Shown here: positions 1 through 8,900 of the stretch, one piece after another | Layout: each line of letters begins with the position of its first letter | Position numbering within the stretch: the stretch's first letter is position 1 | Origin: Thermotogota bacterium | Lineage (GTDB): Bacteria > Bipolaricaulota > Bipolaricaulia > UBA7950 > UBA9294 | Length of the DNA stretch: 15,237 nucleotides | Assembly: GCA_039679545.1 (NCBI GenBank) | Contig: JBDKUT010000018.1 | Span: forward strand, 1 to 15,237 | Reading direction: 5' to 3' | Notes under the pieces: model-generated | What the model was told of the DNA's origin: nothing | The model's input: the letters and a program-made list of their open reading frames with translations, nothing else | Database searches by the model: none | Position numbers and translations under genes: made by a program

Positions 1-507
1 GGCCACGTCGCGGTTCCCGGACTCGTCGAGGTCGAGATGGGAACTCCGCTCCGCAGGATCATCGGGGAGTATGGCGGCGGAGTTCGCGGCGGGAAGAGGT
101 TCAAAGCGGCGTTGATCGGCGGTGCCGCGGGAGGATTCGTCGACGAGTCGCAGCTCGACGTCGCGATGGACTTCGACGGCCTCAAGGAGTATGCAAGCGT
201 GCTGGGATCGGGGGCGATCCTTGTGGTCGACGAGGACACGTCGATCGTCGAGCTGCTCCATGGGATCTTGCGGTTCTTCCGGCACGAGTCGTGTGGACAG
301 TGCGCTCCGTGCCGCACGGGGACGGTCGCGCTCGTCCAGCTCTCCGAGGCCATCCGCACGGGGAAAGGCGGCCCGAACGATGTCGACCGTATGGTCGACA
401 TCGCTCGTACAATGCAGGCGACGTCGTTGTGTCCGCTCGGGCAATCGCTCATCCTGCCGGTGAAGAGCGCCGTTGACCGCTTCCGAGCGGAGTTCCAGAC
501 GGTGTAA
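1..507 (+). CDS. 5'-truncated NuoF/HoxF/HndC-family NADH-binding flavoprotein subunit (SLBB domain + C-terminal 4Fe-4S domain)
   Basis: Frame is open from base 1 (GHVAVPGLVEVEMGTPLRRII). Contains IGGAAGG, LGSGAILV and the NuoF 4Fe-4S motif ESCGQCAPCR...SLCPLG. Stop TAA at 505-507. Whether it belongs to complex I, a hydrogenase or a formate dehydrogenase cannot be told from this fragment. Confidence 0.88.
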   Translation, partial: GHVAVPGLVEVEMGTPLRRIIGEYGGGVRGGKRFKAALIGGAAGGFVDESQLDVAMDFDGLKEYASVLGSGAILVVDEDTSIVELLHGILRFFRHESCGQCAPCRTGTVALVQLSEAIRTGKGGPNDVDRMVDIARTMQATSLCPLGQSLILPVKSAVDRFRAEFQTV

Positions 508-534
508 GCTCGACGTCGAGGCTCGTAGAACGGA

Positions 535-576
535 CGGCGCGGTCGGCGTGCAAAGCCGGCCGTGCCGCTTTTGTTT
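535..576 (+). terminator. Rho-independent terminator after the nuoF-like gene
   Basis: 13-bp stem CGGCGCGGTCGGC (535-547) / GCCGGCCGTGCCG (555-567) with two G-U pairs, a 7-nt loop, then CTTTTGTTT. Confidence 0.8.
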
Positions 577-604
577 GTACGGCGGCGGATGGGAGTCGTG
601 CTTG

Positions 605-633
605 TTGCAGCGTGGACGTCGTCTGAGTACAAA
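605..633 (+). promoter_or_regulatory. Possible sigma70-type promoter for guaB-purB
   Basis: TTGCAG (605-610), 17-nt spacer, TACAAA (628-633). The -10 lacks the conserved last T, so support is weak. Confidence 0.3.
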
Positions 634-659
634 GGGACATGGACAATCTGGGAGGTTCG

Positions 660-2150
660 ATGGCACGTCGCGTACGCATGGAACCCTCGAGAACGTTGAC
701 CGAGTTCCGACTCCTTCCCGGCCTCACCACGCGGGAGACGTCGATTGACCGGATCTCGCTCGAAAGCCCGCTCGTTCTGCGACCGGACGGAGGGGGCATC
801 GCCCTCAAGACGCCGCTTCTCGCAGCGGCGATGCAGTCCGTGTCGGGCCCGCGGATGGGGATCGAGCTCGCGAGGCTCGGCGGGGCGGCCGTCATCTACT
901 GCTCGCAGTCGATCGTCGACGAAGCGGCGATGGTTGCGGCGATCAAGGCGCACAAGGCCGGATTCGTCGAGCCTCGGACGATCGGGCCGGACGTCCGCCT
1001 GCGGGACGTCGAGGCGCTCCGACGGCAGTACGGGTTCTCGACGTTCCCCGTCGTGTCGCCGGACGGCCGGCTGCTCGGATTGATCACGCGCCGCGACTAC
1101 GACGCGCGCATCCACGCCGACGTCCCGGCGAAGGAGCGGATGGTTCCACGCGCCCAGCTCGACGTCGGTGTCGGGATCACCGACCTCGAAGCGGCCAACG
1201 CGCTGCTCATCGAGGGACACCGCGCCGTCCTTCCGATCGTGGATCGAGACGACCGATTGTTGTCGCTCGTCTTCCGCAAGGACATCGAAGACCACCTCGA
1301 CAACCCCGACCAGGTGGTCGACGAGAAGAAGCGGCTCCTGGCTTTCGCCGCCGTCAACACGCACGACTACGAGAGTCGCGTCCCGGCCCTCGTTGAGGCC
1401 GGCGTCGATGTCCTCGTCATTGACTCGTCGGACGGCCACACGACGTTCCAGCGGGACACCCTCCAGTGGATTCGCCGCCGCGCTCCCAACCTCCCGGTGA
1501 TCGGCGGAAATGTCATCACCGGCGAAGGGTTCGACTACCTCGTCGCCGCCGGCGCGGGGGCGGTAAAGGTGGGCATGGGCGGCGGCTCCATGTGCATCAC
1601 CCAGGAGCAGAAGGGCACCGGACGCGGACTCGCGACGGCTGTGATGGAGGTGGTCGCGGCTCGCGACCGTCACGAGGCGAAGACAGGCGTTCACGTCCCC
1701 GTGATCGCGGACGGCGGCGTCGTGAACTCCAAGGACGTCATCATCGGCCTCGCCCTCGGGGCGGATGCGATCATGATGGGGCGCTTCTTCGCGCGCATGG
1801 AGGAATCGCCGACGGAGACGGTTCGCATCAACGATCGCGTGATGAAACCGTACTGGGGCGAGGGGTCGGCGCGGGCGCGGGAGTGGAGCCCCGCCCGATA
1901 TCGGCAGGCCGCCTTTGTGGAAGGAGTCGAAGGGTTCGTCGAGTACGCGGGGAAACTGCGCGACAACCTCCCCCTCATGATCAGCAAGGTAAAGTCGGCG
2001 ATGTCGTCGTGCGGCTGCCGAACGATCGCCGAGCTGCACGCGAACGCCGAGCTCGAACTGGTGTCGGCGCTGGCGATCCGAGAGGGAAAGGTTCACGACA
2101 TCCTGCAGCTCGGCGGCGAGGCCGACTCTCTGTCGAGTTGGAGCACGTAG
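660..2150 (+). CDS. guaB: Inosine-5'-monophosphate dehydrogenase with tandem CBS domains
   Basis: Catalytic loop KVGMGGGSMCIT, IADGG, MMGRFFAR, YWGEGS, the flap Arg-Tyr dyad (SPARY) and EGVEG. CBS pair present (FSTFPVV...LPIVD). Start set at ATG 660 behind GGAGG (651-655); ATG 639 is an alternative. Confidence 0.95.
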   Translation: MARRVRMEPSRTLTEFRLLPGLTTRETSIDRISLESPLVLRPDGGGIALKTPLLAAAMQSVSGPRMGIELARLGGAAVIYCSQSIVDEAAMVAAIKAHKAGFVEPRTIGPDVRLRDVEALRRQYGFSTFPVVSPDGRLLGLITRRDYDARIHADVPAKERMVPRAQLDVGVGITDLEAANALLIEGHRAVLPIVDRDDRLLSLVFRKDIEDHLDNPDQVVDEKKRLLAFAAVNTHDYESRVPALVEAGVDVLVIDSSDGHTTFQRDTLQWIRRRAPNLPVIGGNVITGEGFDYLVAAGAGAVKVGMGGGSMCITQEQKGTGRGLATAVMEVVAARDRHEAKTGVHVPVIADGGVVNSKDVIIGLALGADAIMMGRFFARMEESPTETVRINDRVMKPYWGEGSARAREWSPARYRQAAFVEGVEGFVEYAGKLRDNLPLMISKVKSAMSSCGCRTIAELHANAELELVSALAIREGKVHDILQLGGEADSLSSWST

Positions 2151-2158
2151 GAGGCGCC

Positions 2159-3514
2159 ATGCGCGAGATCTCGCCCCTGGATGGGCGCTACGCCGACTCC
2201 GTCGGCCACCTCTCCACGTACTTCTCGGAGTTCGCCCTGATGGCGGCTCGGTGCGAGGTGGAGCTCCGATACCTCGTCGCTCTGGACGAGATCGGCGTCT
2301 TCCCGAAGCTGACTCGCGCCGAGAAAGCGCGCATCGAGGCGGCTCGGGTGCTTGCGGACGGGGACTTCGGGCGGATCAAGGAGATCGAGGCGACGATCCG
2401 CCATGACGTCAAATCGTGCGAGCTCTTCCTTCGCGAGAAGCTTGAGCTTGCACACCCGAACCGGATCCACTTCGCGCTGACGTCCGAGGACGTCAACAAT
2501 CTCGCCTACGCGCTTCTCCTGTCGCGGTACCGAGACAGGGAGCAACTGCCCCAGCTACGGCGCCTTGTCGCCGCGCTCGCCGATCGTGTGGAGCGCTGGA
2601 AGTCCGTTCCGTTCCCGGCACGAACGCACGGACAGGCGGCGTCTCCCACGACGTTCGGGAAAGAGTTGGCCGTCTTCCTCCACCGACTCGTGCGCCAGGG
2701 GCGCCAGCTCGAGGCGCTCCGGTTCCGCGGGAAGCTGTCCGGGGCGACGGGAACCTACGCCGCGGCCGTCGCGGCGCGGCCGGATGTCGACTGGATTGGG
2801 TTTGCGGAGCGGTTCGTGGCGATGCTGGGCCTGGAACCGATGGCGTGCACGACCCAGATCGACGACGGCGACGGACTGGCCGAGTACTTCGCGGTGACGT
2901 CGCGAATCAACAACATCGTCCTTGACCTCGACATCGACGTGTGGGAGTACATCTCGCGCGGCGACCTTGTGCATCGGGCCGCCTCCGGCGAGGTGGGATC
3001 GTCGACGATGCCCCATAAGGTGAACCCGATTCGGTTCGAGAACAGCGAGGGGAACTTGGCCGTATCGACGGCGCTCCTGCACGCTCTCGCCGATAAGTTG
3101 ACGCACTCCCGAATGCAGCGCGACCTCTCCGACTCGACGGCGAAGCGGAACATTGGAGTCGCCCTGGCTCACGCCTACCTTGCGCTCGAAGAGACGCTCG
3201 GCGGACTCGACCGCGTCGACCTGGACCCGGCGGAGCTGCGGGCGCGCGTCGACGCTGCTCCGGAAGTGCTTGCCGAGGCGTACCAGACGCTTCTTCGCGT
3301 CGCGGGGATGGGGGACCCGTACGAAGCCCTTCGCGGTCTCACGCGCGGGAAGACGATTACGTTGGCGGAGCTCCACGAGTGGATCGAGGGCCTGCCTGTC
3401 GACGCCAGGCTCAAGGCCCGGATGAAGGCGCTCCGTCCCTCCGCGTACGCCGGCCTCGCTCCGTCCCTGTGCGAGCGGGTGGCGGCCGAGGCCGCCGCCT
3501 GGCTGGCTGCGTAG
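2159..3514 (+). CDS. purB: Adenylosuccinate lyase (E. coli-like type, 451 aa)
   Basis: ISPLDGRY, HDVK, HFALTSEDVNN, RTHGQ, the fumarase-superfamily signature GSSTMPHKVNP and SRMQRDLSDST. ATG 2159 follows AGGAGG overlapping the guaB stop. Confidence 0.96.
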   Translation: MREISPLDGRYADSVGHLSTYFSEFALMAARCEVELRYLVALDEIGVFPKLTRAEKARIEAARVLADGDFGRIKEIEATIRHDVKSCELFLREKLELAHPNRIHFALTSEDVNNLAYALLLSRYRDREQLPQLRRLVAALADRVERWKSVPFPARTHGQAASPTTFGKELAVFLHRLVRQGRQLEALRFRGKLSGATGTYAAAVAARPDVDWIGFAERFVAMLGLEPMACTTQIDDGDGLAEYFAVTSRINNIVLDLDIDVWEYISRGDLVHRAASGEVGSSTMPHKVNPIRFENSEGNLAVSTALLHALADKLTHSRMQRDLSDSTAKRNIGVALAHAYLALEETLGGLDRVDLDPAELRARVDAAPEVLAEAYQTLLRVAGMGDPYEALRGLTRGKTITLAELHEWIEGLPVDARLKARMKALRPSAYAGLAPSLCERVAAEAAAWLAA

Positions 3515-3557
3515 GGCGCCCCAATCGCCGTAGAGGATTCCGGGATATCCGTCTTCG

Positions 3558-3577
3558 AATGTGACATTGGTTACGTT
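3558..3577. promoter_or_regulatory. Weaker CRP/FNR-family operator-like site
   Basis: AA-TGTGA-CATTGG-TTACG-TT: perfect left half-site, 3/5 right half-site, AA/TT flanks as in the CRP consensus. Confidence 0.45.
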
Positions 3578-3602
3578 CCGATGTCGCTCGCGCGCTGCTC
3601 CA

Positions 3603-3622
3603 GGTGTGATGAAGATCACACC
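3603..3622. promoter_or_regulatory. CRP-type operator (TGTGA-N6-TCACA)
   Basis: GG-TGTGA-TGAAGA-TCACA-CC: an inverted repeat with perfect 8-bp arms, 14/16 identical to the CRP consensus TGTGATCTAGATCACA. It is intergenic, upstream of the surface-protein operon. Confidence 0.72.
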
Positions 3623-3737
3623 CCCGCTCGCCGAGGGTCACCCCTCGTTCTTCCTTTCCCAACTACTCTTAACGCGGATGGCCGCCGGCGCACCGTGCTG
3701 GCGGCAGGGGCTCTGGGTGCGTGAAGGAAGTGGTGCG

Positions 3738-4790
3738 ATGAACGATCGAACGAGGCGTTCGAGACGAAGCAGGGGAGTGCTTCTGGGGGGAGTTGCGGTC
3801 GCCGTCGTGCTGCTCGCCGGGCTGAGTGCCGCCGCCGAGGATCCGTGTCTGAAGCAGCCGGATCTGTGGTTCCCGGCGCCGGGCGTGGTCCTCTCGGGCG
3901 GCGTCACGTCGGTCCAGGAGATTTCAGGCGATGTCTGCCAAGGCGGAACCGTGACGATCACGGTCACGATCGACAACCTGAGTTGCGGGGATGCAGGCCC
4001 GTTCGACGTGACGGCCTATTGGGACAGCACCTCGCACCCGATCCAGACAAAGCACGTGGATGGGCTTCCTGGGTGTGAATTCGTGAAACTGACGTTCACG
4101 TGGGACACGGACGGAGTCCCGGCAGGGCCTCACACAATCATTGTGCGGGCCGACACCGGGTCGACCGTCGCCGAGCTCAACGAAGGGAACAACGAGTACA
4201 GGTTTGACGTTCTCATTCGCCCGAACGCACCGATGCTGGAGGCCACGAAGCAGTACATCGACGTGAACGAGGGGACGGTGAATCCCGGCGACACGGTCCG
4301 CTACGAGGTCGTGATCGTAAACGACGGCTGCATCGACCTCAAAGACGGTCCCGGCCACGAGTATACCGACGAGCTCGCCGATTTGATCGAGCCGACGGGG
4401 TACGTGCAGGCCACCCGCGGCATGATCGCCCTCGACGGGACGACGATCGTCTGGGACGGCAGCATTCCGGCGGGCGGATCGGTGACGCTCACCTACCGAG
4501 TGACGGTCGCGGAGGACGCCGAGATCGGCGTTGAGATCTGCAACCAGGGGTACGCGCATTGGGACGAGAATAGAGACGGCGCGCTGGATGCTTCGGAGCC
4601 AACGGACGATCCGACCACATCGGAGGATGACGACCCGACGTGCTTCACGGTCGACGAGCCCGTCGGGCCGATCCCGCTCTGCGGGACCATCGACGCTCCG
4701 AGTCTCTCGGGGTGGGGTGCGATTGCGCTCGGCGCACTCCTTGCGACGGCCTTCGGCTGGGCGCTTTGGCGCCGGCGGGCGGCAGCATGA
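3738..4790 (+). CDS. Secreted CARDB + DUF11 domain protein with IPTL-CTERM-like sorting signal (350 aa)
   Basis: Signal peptide (basic N-region, GVLLGGVAVAVVLLAGLSAAA). CARDB-like domain (VTITVTIDNL...ADTGSTVAELNEGNN) and DUF11-like domain (ATKQ...VNPGDTVRYEVVIVNDG...IPAGGSVTLTYRVTV). Tail APSLSGWG + TM helix + RRR. ATG 3738 follows GAAGGAAG. Confidence 0.85.
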   Translation: MNDRTRRSRRSRGVLLGGVAVAVVLLAGLSAAAEDPCLKQPDLWFPAPGVVLSGGVTSVQEISGDVCQGGTVTITVTIDNLSCGDAGPFDVTAYWDSTSHPIQTKHVDGLPGCEFVKLTFTWDTDGVPAGPHTIIVRADTGSTVAELNEGNNEYRFDVLIRPNAPMLEATKQYIDVNEGTVNPGDTVRYEVVIVNDGCIDLKDGPGHEYTDELADLIEPTGYVQATRGMIALDGTTIVWDGSIPAGGSVTLTYRVTVAEDAEIGVEICNQGYAHWDENRDGALDASEPTDDPTTSEDDDPTCFTVDEPVGPIPLCGTIDAPSLSGWGAIALGALLATAFGWALWRRRAAA

Positions 4791-5335
4791 GACAACCGAA
4801 CGAAGCGATCGAGAAAAGATACGCGGCGTCCGGACCCCGAACGCGGGGCCGTGCCGCATCGACGCTTGCCGCCGTCGTGGTGGTGGGTGGCGCGTGGATC
4901 GCGCTGCTCGTGAATGAGACAGCGCTCGGGTGGGTGCAGCGCGCCTTCGCCCTTGCAACCAGTGCCGTGCTCGGAACGCTTGGGTGTGGGACATCCGTCG
5001 TGGGGACGTCGATCGTCTCTGAGCAGTTCGGCATTTCTGTGGTCACTGCGTGCACCGGACTGTTCGCCATGGGCCTCTACTTGATCGCCGTTCTTCTCTT
5101 CCCGGCCTCGTGGCGGGCACGCCTCGCGGGCTGCGTCGGGGGTGTCTGCGTTCTGTTCGTCGTGAACGTTGTCCGCCTCGTCAGCCTCTACTACGTCGGC
5201 GTGCACTGGCCGTCTGCCTTGGATGTGGTGCACCAGGTCGTGTGGCAGTCGCTCGTCATCGCGATCGTCGTCGCCATGTGGCTCCTGTGGGCGGGACGGG
5301 CATCGCAGCGGCCCGAGCGAAGGGGAGTGTCATGA
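4787..5335 (+). CDS. xrtH: Exosortase H-like (IPTL-CTERM-specific exosortase/archaeosortase family) transpeptidase, 182 aa
   Basis: Multi-TM protein with the Cys-Arg-His triad in family context: VVTAC89TG, FPASWRAR, NVVR130LVSLYY, VVH149QVVWQ. ATGA overlap with the upstream IPTL-like substrate gene. Confidence 0.85.
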   Translation: MRQPNEAIEKRYAASGPRTRGRAASTLAAVVVVGGAWIALLVNETALGWVQRAFALATSAVLGTLGCGTSVVGTSIVSEQFGISVVTACTGLFAMGLYLIAVLLFPASWRARLAGCVGGVCVLFVVNVVRLVSLYYVGVHWPSALDVVHQVVWQSLVIAIVVAMWLLWAGRASQRPERRGVS

Positions 5336-5949
5336 ATCGGCTCGTGAAGCGCGTGGGGCGGTTCTTCCTCCTGTTCGTGCTGGCGTTGGCGGTGCTGACG
5401 CCGTTGTGGAACCTTGCGGTGCCGTACTACACCGGGCTGGTCGGCGGGGTCGCGAGGCCGCTGTTCCATGCGGTCGAGAAGGCGGACGTGACCGTCGTGG
5501 ACGCGCGGGATGGAGAGGTGTGGATCCTCCGTCGGCTCGACGGGCAGCGGGTCGCGCCGTTCTTGTACTTCGATCGATACACACTCTTCGCTGTGATCCC
5601 TCTCGTCGCCTTGTTTGTGGCGACGCCGGGTCTTGGAGGCGGACGGCGCGCGGTTCGAGCCTTGTTGGGAATTGTCTCGCTGTTCGTTTTTCAGGTGGGG
5701 TACCTCGTTGCCGCCGTCGAGCTGTCGTATGCCGCCGCAGGTCTCTCGACGTGCGGGGCGTTTCTGTCGAGAACCCTCGAGGGGTGGCAGGTGTTGGTCC
5801 GCGTCCTCTGGGAGGCCGGGCCGCTCTTGATTTGGATCGCTCTCTCGGCGAGCGCGTGGAAGCGCTTCTGGCGCGACCTCCGTTCGCCGATCGGCGTGCC
5901 CGGGGACCTTGTGCGCGAAGCGGCGCCCGCGGGCAGCGAGCGGGGGTAG
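5332..5949 (+). CDS. Exosortase-associated integral membrane protein (205 aa)
   Basis: About 4 hydrophobic helices. The segment LVALFVATPG...RR...LLGIVSLFVFQV resembles membrane proteins encoded next to exosortase H. ATGA overlap with xrtH, preceded by AGGGGAG. Confidence 0.7.
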   Translation: MNRLVKRVGRFFLLFVLALAVLTPLWNLAVPYYTGLVGGVARPLFHAVEKADVTVVDARDGEVWILRRLDGQRVAPFLYFDRYTLFAVIPLVALFVATPGLGGGRRAVRALLGIVSLFVFQVGYLVAAVELSYAAAGLSTCGAFLSRTLEGWQVLVRVLWEAGPLLIWIALSASAWKRFWRDLRSPIGVPGDLVREAAPAGSERG

Positions 5950-5971
5950 GCGGTTTGGACACAAGGGAAGG

Positions 5972-8900
5972 ATGGCTGAGGTGAAACGAGCAGGAAGGGC
6001 CGCCGCGATCGCTGTGCCACTCCTCTTGTTGCTTTGCGTCACCACCGCCTGGGCCACGGAGGCCGAGCTCTACTTCTCGACCGACAGCCACGGCGAATCC
6101 CGGGTGACCAAGGTGCGGGAGGGCGAACAGATCTGGATCGTTGTCTACGATCCCGACGAGGACATCGACTGTGATGTGCGCGACAAGGTGTGGACGGACA
6201 TCAAGGTCCTGGATGCCAAGACCGGAGCACACATTGTCTGGAAGAGCTACCTGGATTCCGGGGGAGTTGACACGAACGGCGACGGGTCAGGTGACGCCAT
6301 CTTCGGCGATACGGACTACGTTCCGTACAAGGGGCACTGGCCGGGCGACAGCGGGGGGTGGACTGGGGCGGACTACCTTGAGGAAATCGAGCGTGGCGCG
6401 GGGCTGTTCGTGAGCAGCCGCCCGTTCCAGATCGGAACCCGCGTCAAGTACTCGCACGATGGACGCGACCAGGCTCACATCGTCGGACCGTATGTGAAGG
6501 TCGGCCCCTTTGACGACACCGGCGGCGGAGCTGTCGACCCGACGGACTTCCAGTGGGGCGGCTACCTGTACGCCGCGGCCGATGACGCCCCGGAAGAGGG
6601 GGTGGGCGACGATCGAGTCTGGATCCACGGACTCTTCAGCCCTATGGACGGGCACTTGAGCTTTGTGGATGCACTCCCAATCGGGGTGGACACCGTCCCG
6701 ACCGGGTGGGAACTCCCGCTCGGGAGTGCGTACCTCCCGCCGGGGAAGAAGCTCCTTGCGGGCCAGGGGCACATGCTCGGGCGCTTCGAGAACATGGACA
6801 CGCTGGTCGGTCTCTACGCCGACCAAGACGATCCGTCCGACGTCGCCCTCGCGCTCGCGAAGATCGAGGACACCGAAGCGGAGATCCGCTGGGACGAAAC
6901 CATGTACTCGGACGGAAACGAGGCGGCGACGATCACGGTCGTCGATCCGGATGAGAACCTGAGCTGCAATGATGTTGAGATGGTTCCGATCTTCGTCATT
7001 GTGAACCCCGGATCGTGGAATTGGCAGAACGAGCCGACCAGCGCCTCGGACTTCTGGGGCCTCAACCGCTGGGGCGGGGTTGTGGACACAAACGGAGAGC
7101 CGGCGAACCAATCGCTCATCTGGTGCAACATCTATAACAGCGGTCGGTACATCGACCTGGACAGCCGTCAGCCGAACAAGGAGGGCACGTACTACATCCA
7201 CTACCCGACGGCCGGCGACAACGGGCTCGTGGCCTTCGACACGCTGAGCAATTCCGGGGTAACTCGAGTCATGTTCTACGCGACGGAGACGGGCCAGAAC
7301 ACCGGCGTGTTCGAACTGAAGCTGAACAGCATCCTGCGCGATCTCGGATTCCGCACGCTGAACGTGCGCGACGTTCTCGTCGCGTACTACCTCGATCCGA
7401 ACGACCAGGACGACTTCAAGCTTTCGGTGGCCTACATCTCCGAGAAGAAGCACAGCAGTCTTCGCTTCACGGACTACGCGCGGAACAGCCAGAGCCTCTT
7501 CTGGCTCGGCCGTGACCCCGTCTACGTCGAGGTGGTCGATGAGAACGCGAACCAAGAAGCGTGCTGTCCCGAGAGGGTTGTCGTTCAGGTCGTCGACCCT
7601 CACGAGGTGGACGACACGGAGTGGCTGATCCTGGACGAGCTGTCCAGCAACTCGTCCACCTTCTTCACGAACCAGGGAATGGAGCTCCTCTCGGTCTGGG
7701 ACGCCCTTGGGGTCGGCGATCCGGGGACGCACGGCGGCTACTCGCTCGAGCTGGACAACTGGTCGCTCGAAGCGTTCAACGAGGACTCGATCTATGTTCG
7801 GTACAACGACGTGAAGTACACCGATGCGGCGCTTGCGGGTCTTGGGGATCGAAACATCGCAACGGCGTTCCCTCCGACCATCGAAGCGGTCCGCTCGGCG
7901 AACGACGTAGCGTTCTCCGTGTTCGAAGTCGCGGACACCCAGGTCTACGACGGCTCGACGGTGCAGATGTACTTCCTCGACCGAAACGGCAACCGGGTCT
8001 CCGGCTATGCGAACAGCGACTGCGTCTTTATTGAGGTCGTCGATCCCGACCAGAACGAGGACACCATGCGGCGCGAACGCGTGGCGGCCTTTTGGGACGG
8101 GACGTCGGGCGAGGGACAGAACATCCCGCACGGCCCGATGAACTACGCCGAGAACCACCTAAATAGCTGCGGATTCCTTGACTCGAAGACGCACATCGTC
8201 AACGAGCTGCTCGGCGACACGAACATCTTCAACGCCGGTACGTGGGGCAAGATCTACATCCTGAACCCGCGGAACGGGCGCTGGGCATCCTCGGACCTGT
8301 TCGAGACGGGGACGAACGCGGGCGATTTCGTGAGCGTGTCGTGCGTGGACCTTGTCAGCCAGTACGAGTGCACGCCGTCCCTTGGCGTTCTGCCGGGCGA
8401 CACGATCCTTGCGGCGTACCAGGATCCGTCGAACCACTCGGACATCGCGTGGATCTCGATCAAGGTCTCCGTGGGCGGAACGCAGCCGGTCAAGGGCTCG
8501 ACGACGCGGTTCGTCGACGAGTTTGGAACGCCGGTCTCCGCGTACATCGAGGGCGACCTCATCTACGTTCGCGTGGACGACCCAACGCTTGCGGGTGCGG
8601 GAACGGTGCCGAATGCCGTGACCATCGACGAAGTCACGTTCGATCTCTCCCCTCTGGCCACGGCCTCCGCAGGCGCGTTCATCACCGAAGGAATCGACCT
8701 CGCCTCGGTCGGCTATGCAACAGGGGACACGGTCACGGCGACGTACGTCGATCCGGGCGATTCGAGCGACACGAGCTCGGCGTCGGTTCCGATCGTCGCA
8801 GGCGAGTTCTCCGTCGAGGAGTTCTACACGGCTCCGAACCCATTCAGCGACGTGGTCCGCTTCGCCTATCACGGCGAGGGGCTCGCGGAGACCTTCTTCG

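Noticed and set aside
1466..2158. Apparent 231-aa N-terminal extension of PurB suggesting a fusion
   Set aside because: It is an Arg-rich alternative frame inside guaB. The real start is ATG 2159 with AGGAGG.
3738..3790. Twin-arginine (Tat) signal in MNDRTRRSRRSRGVLL
   Set aside because: It lacks the S/T-R-R-x-F-L consensus and fits a basic Sec N-region better.
6287..8158. 623-aa minus-strand ORF and other long overlapping ORFs (2555-3619, 3924-4994, 8242-9537)
   Set aside because: They are antisense or frame-shifted shadows of well-supported genes in GC-rich DNA, with no recognisable motifs.
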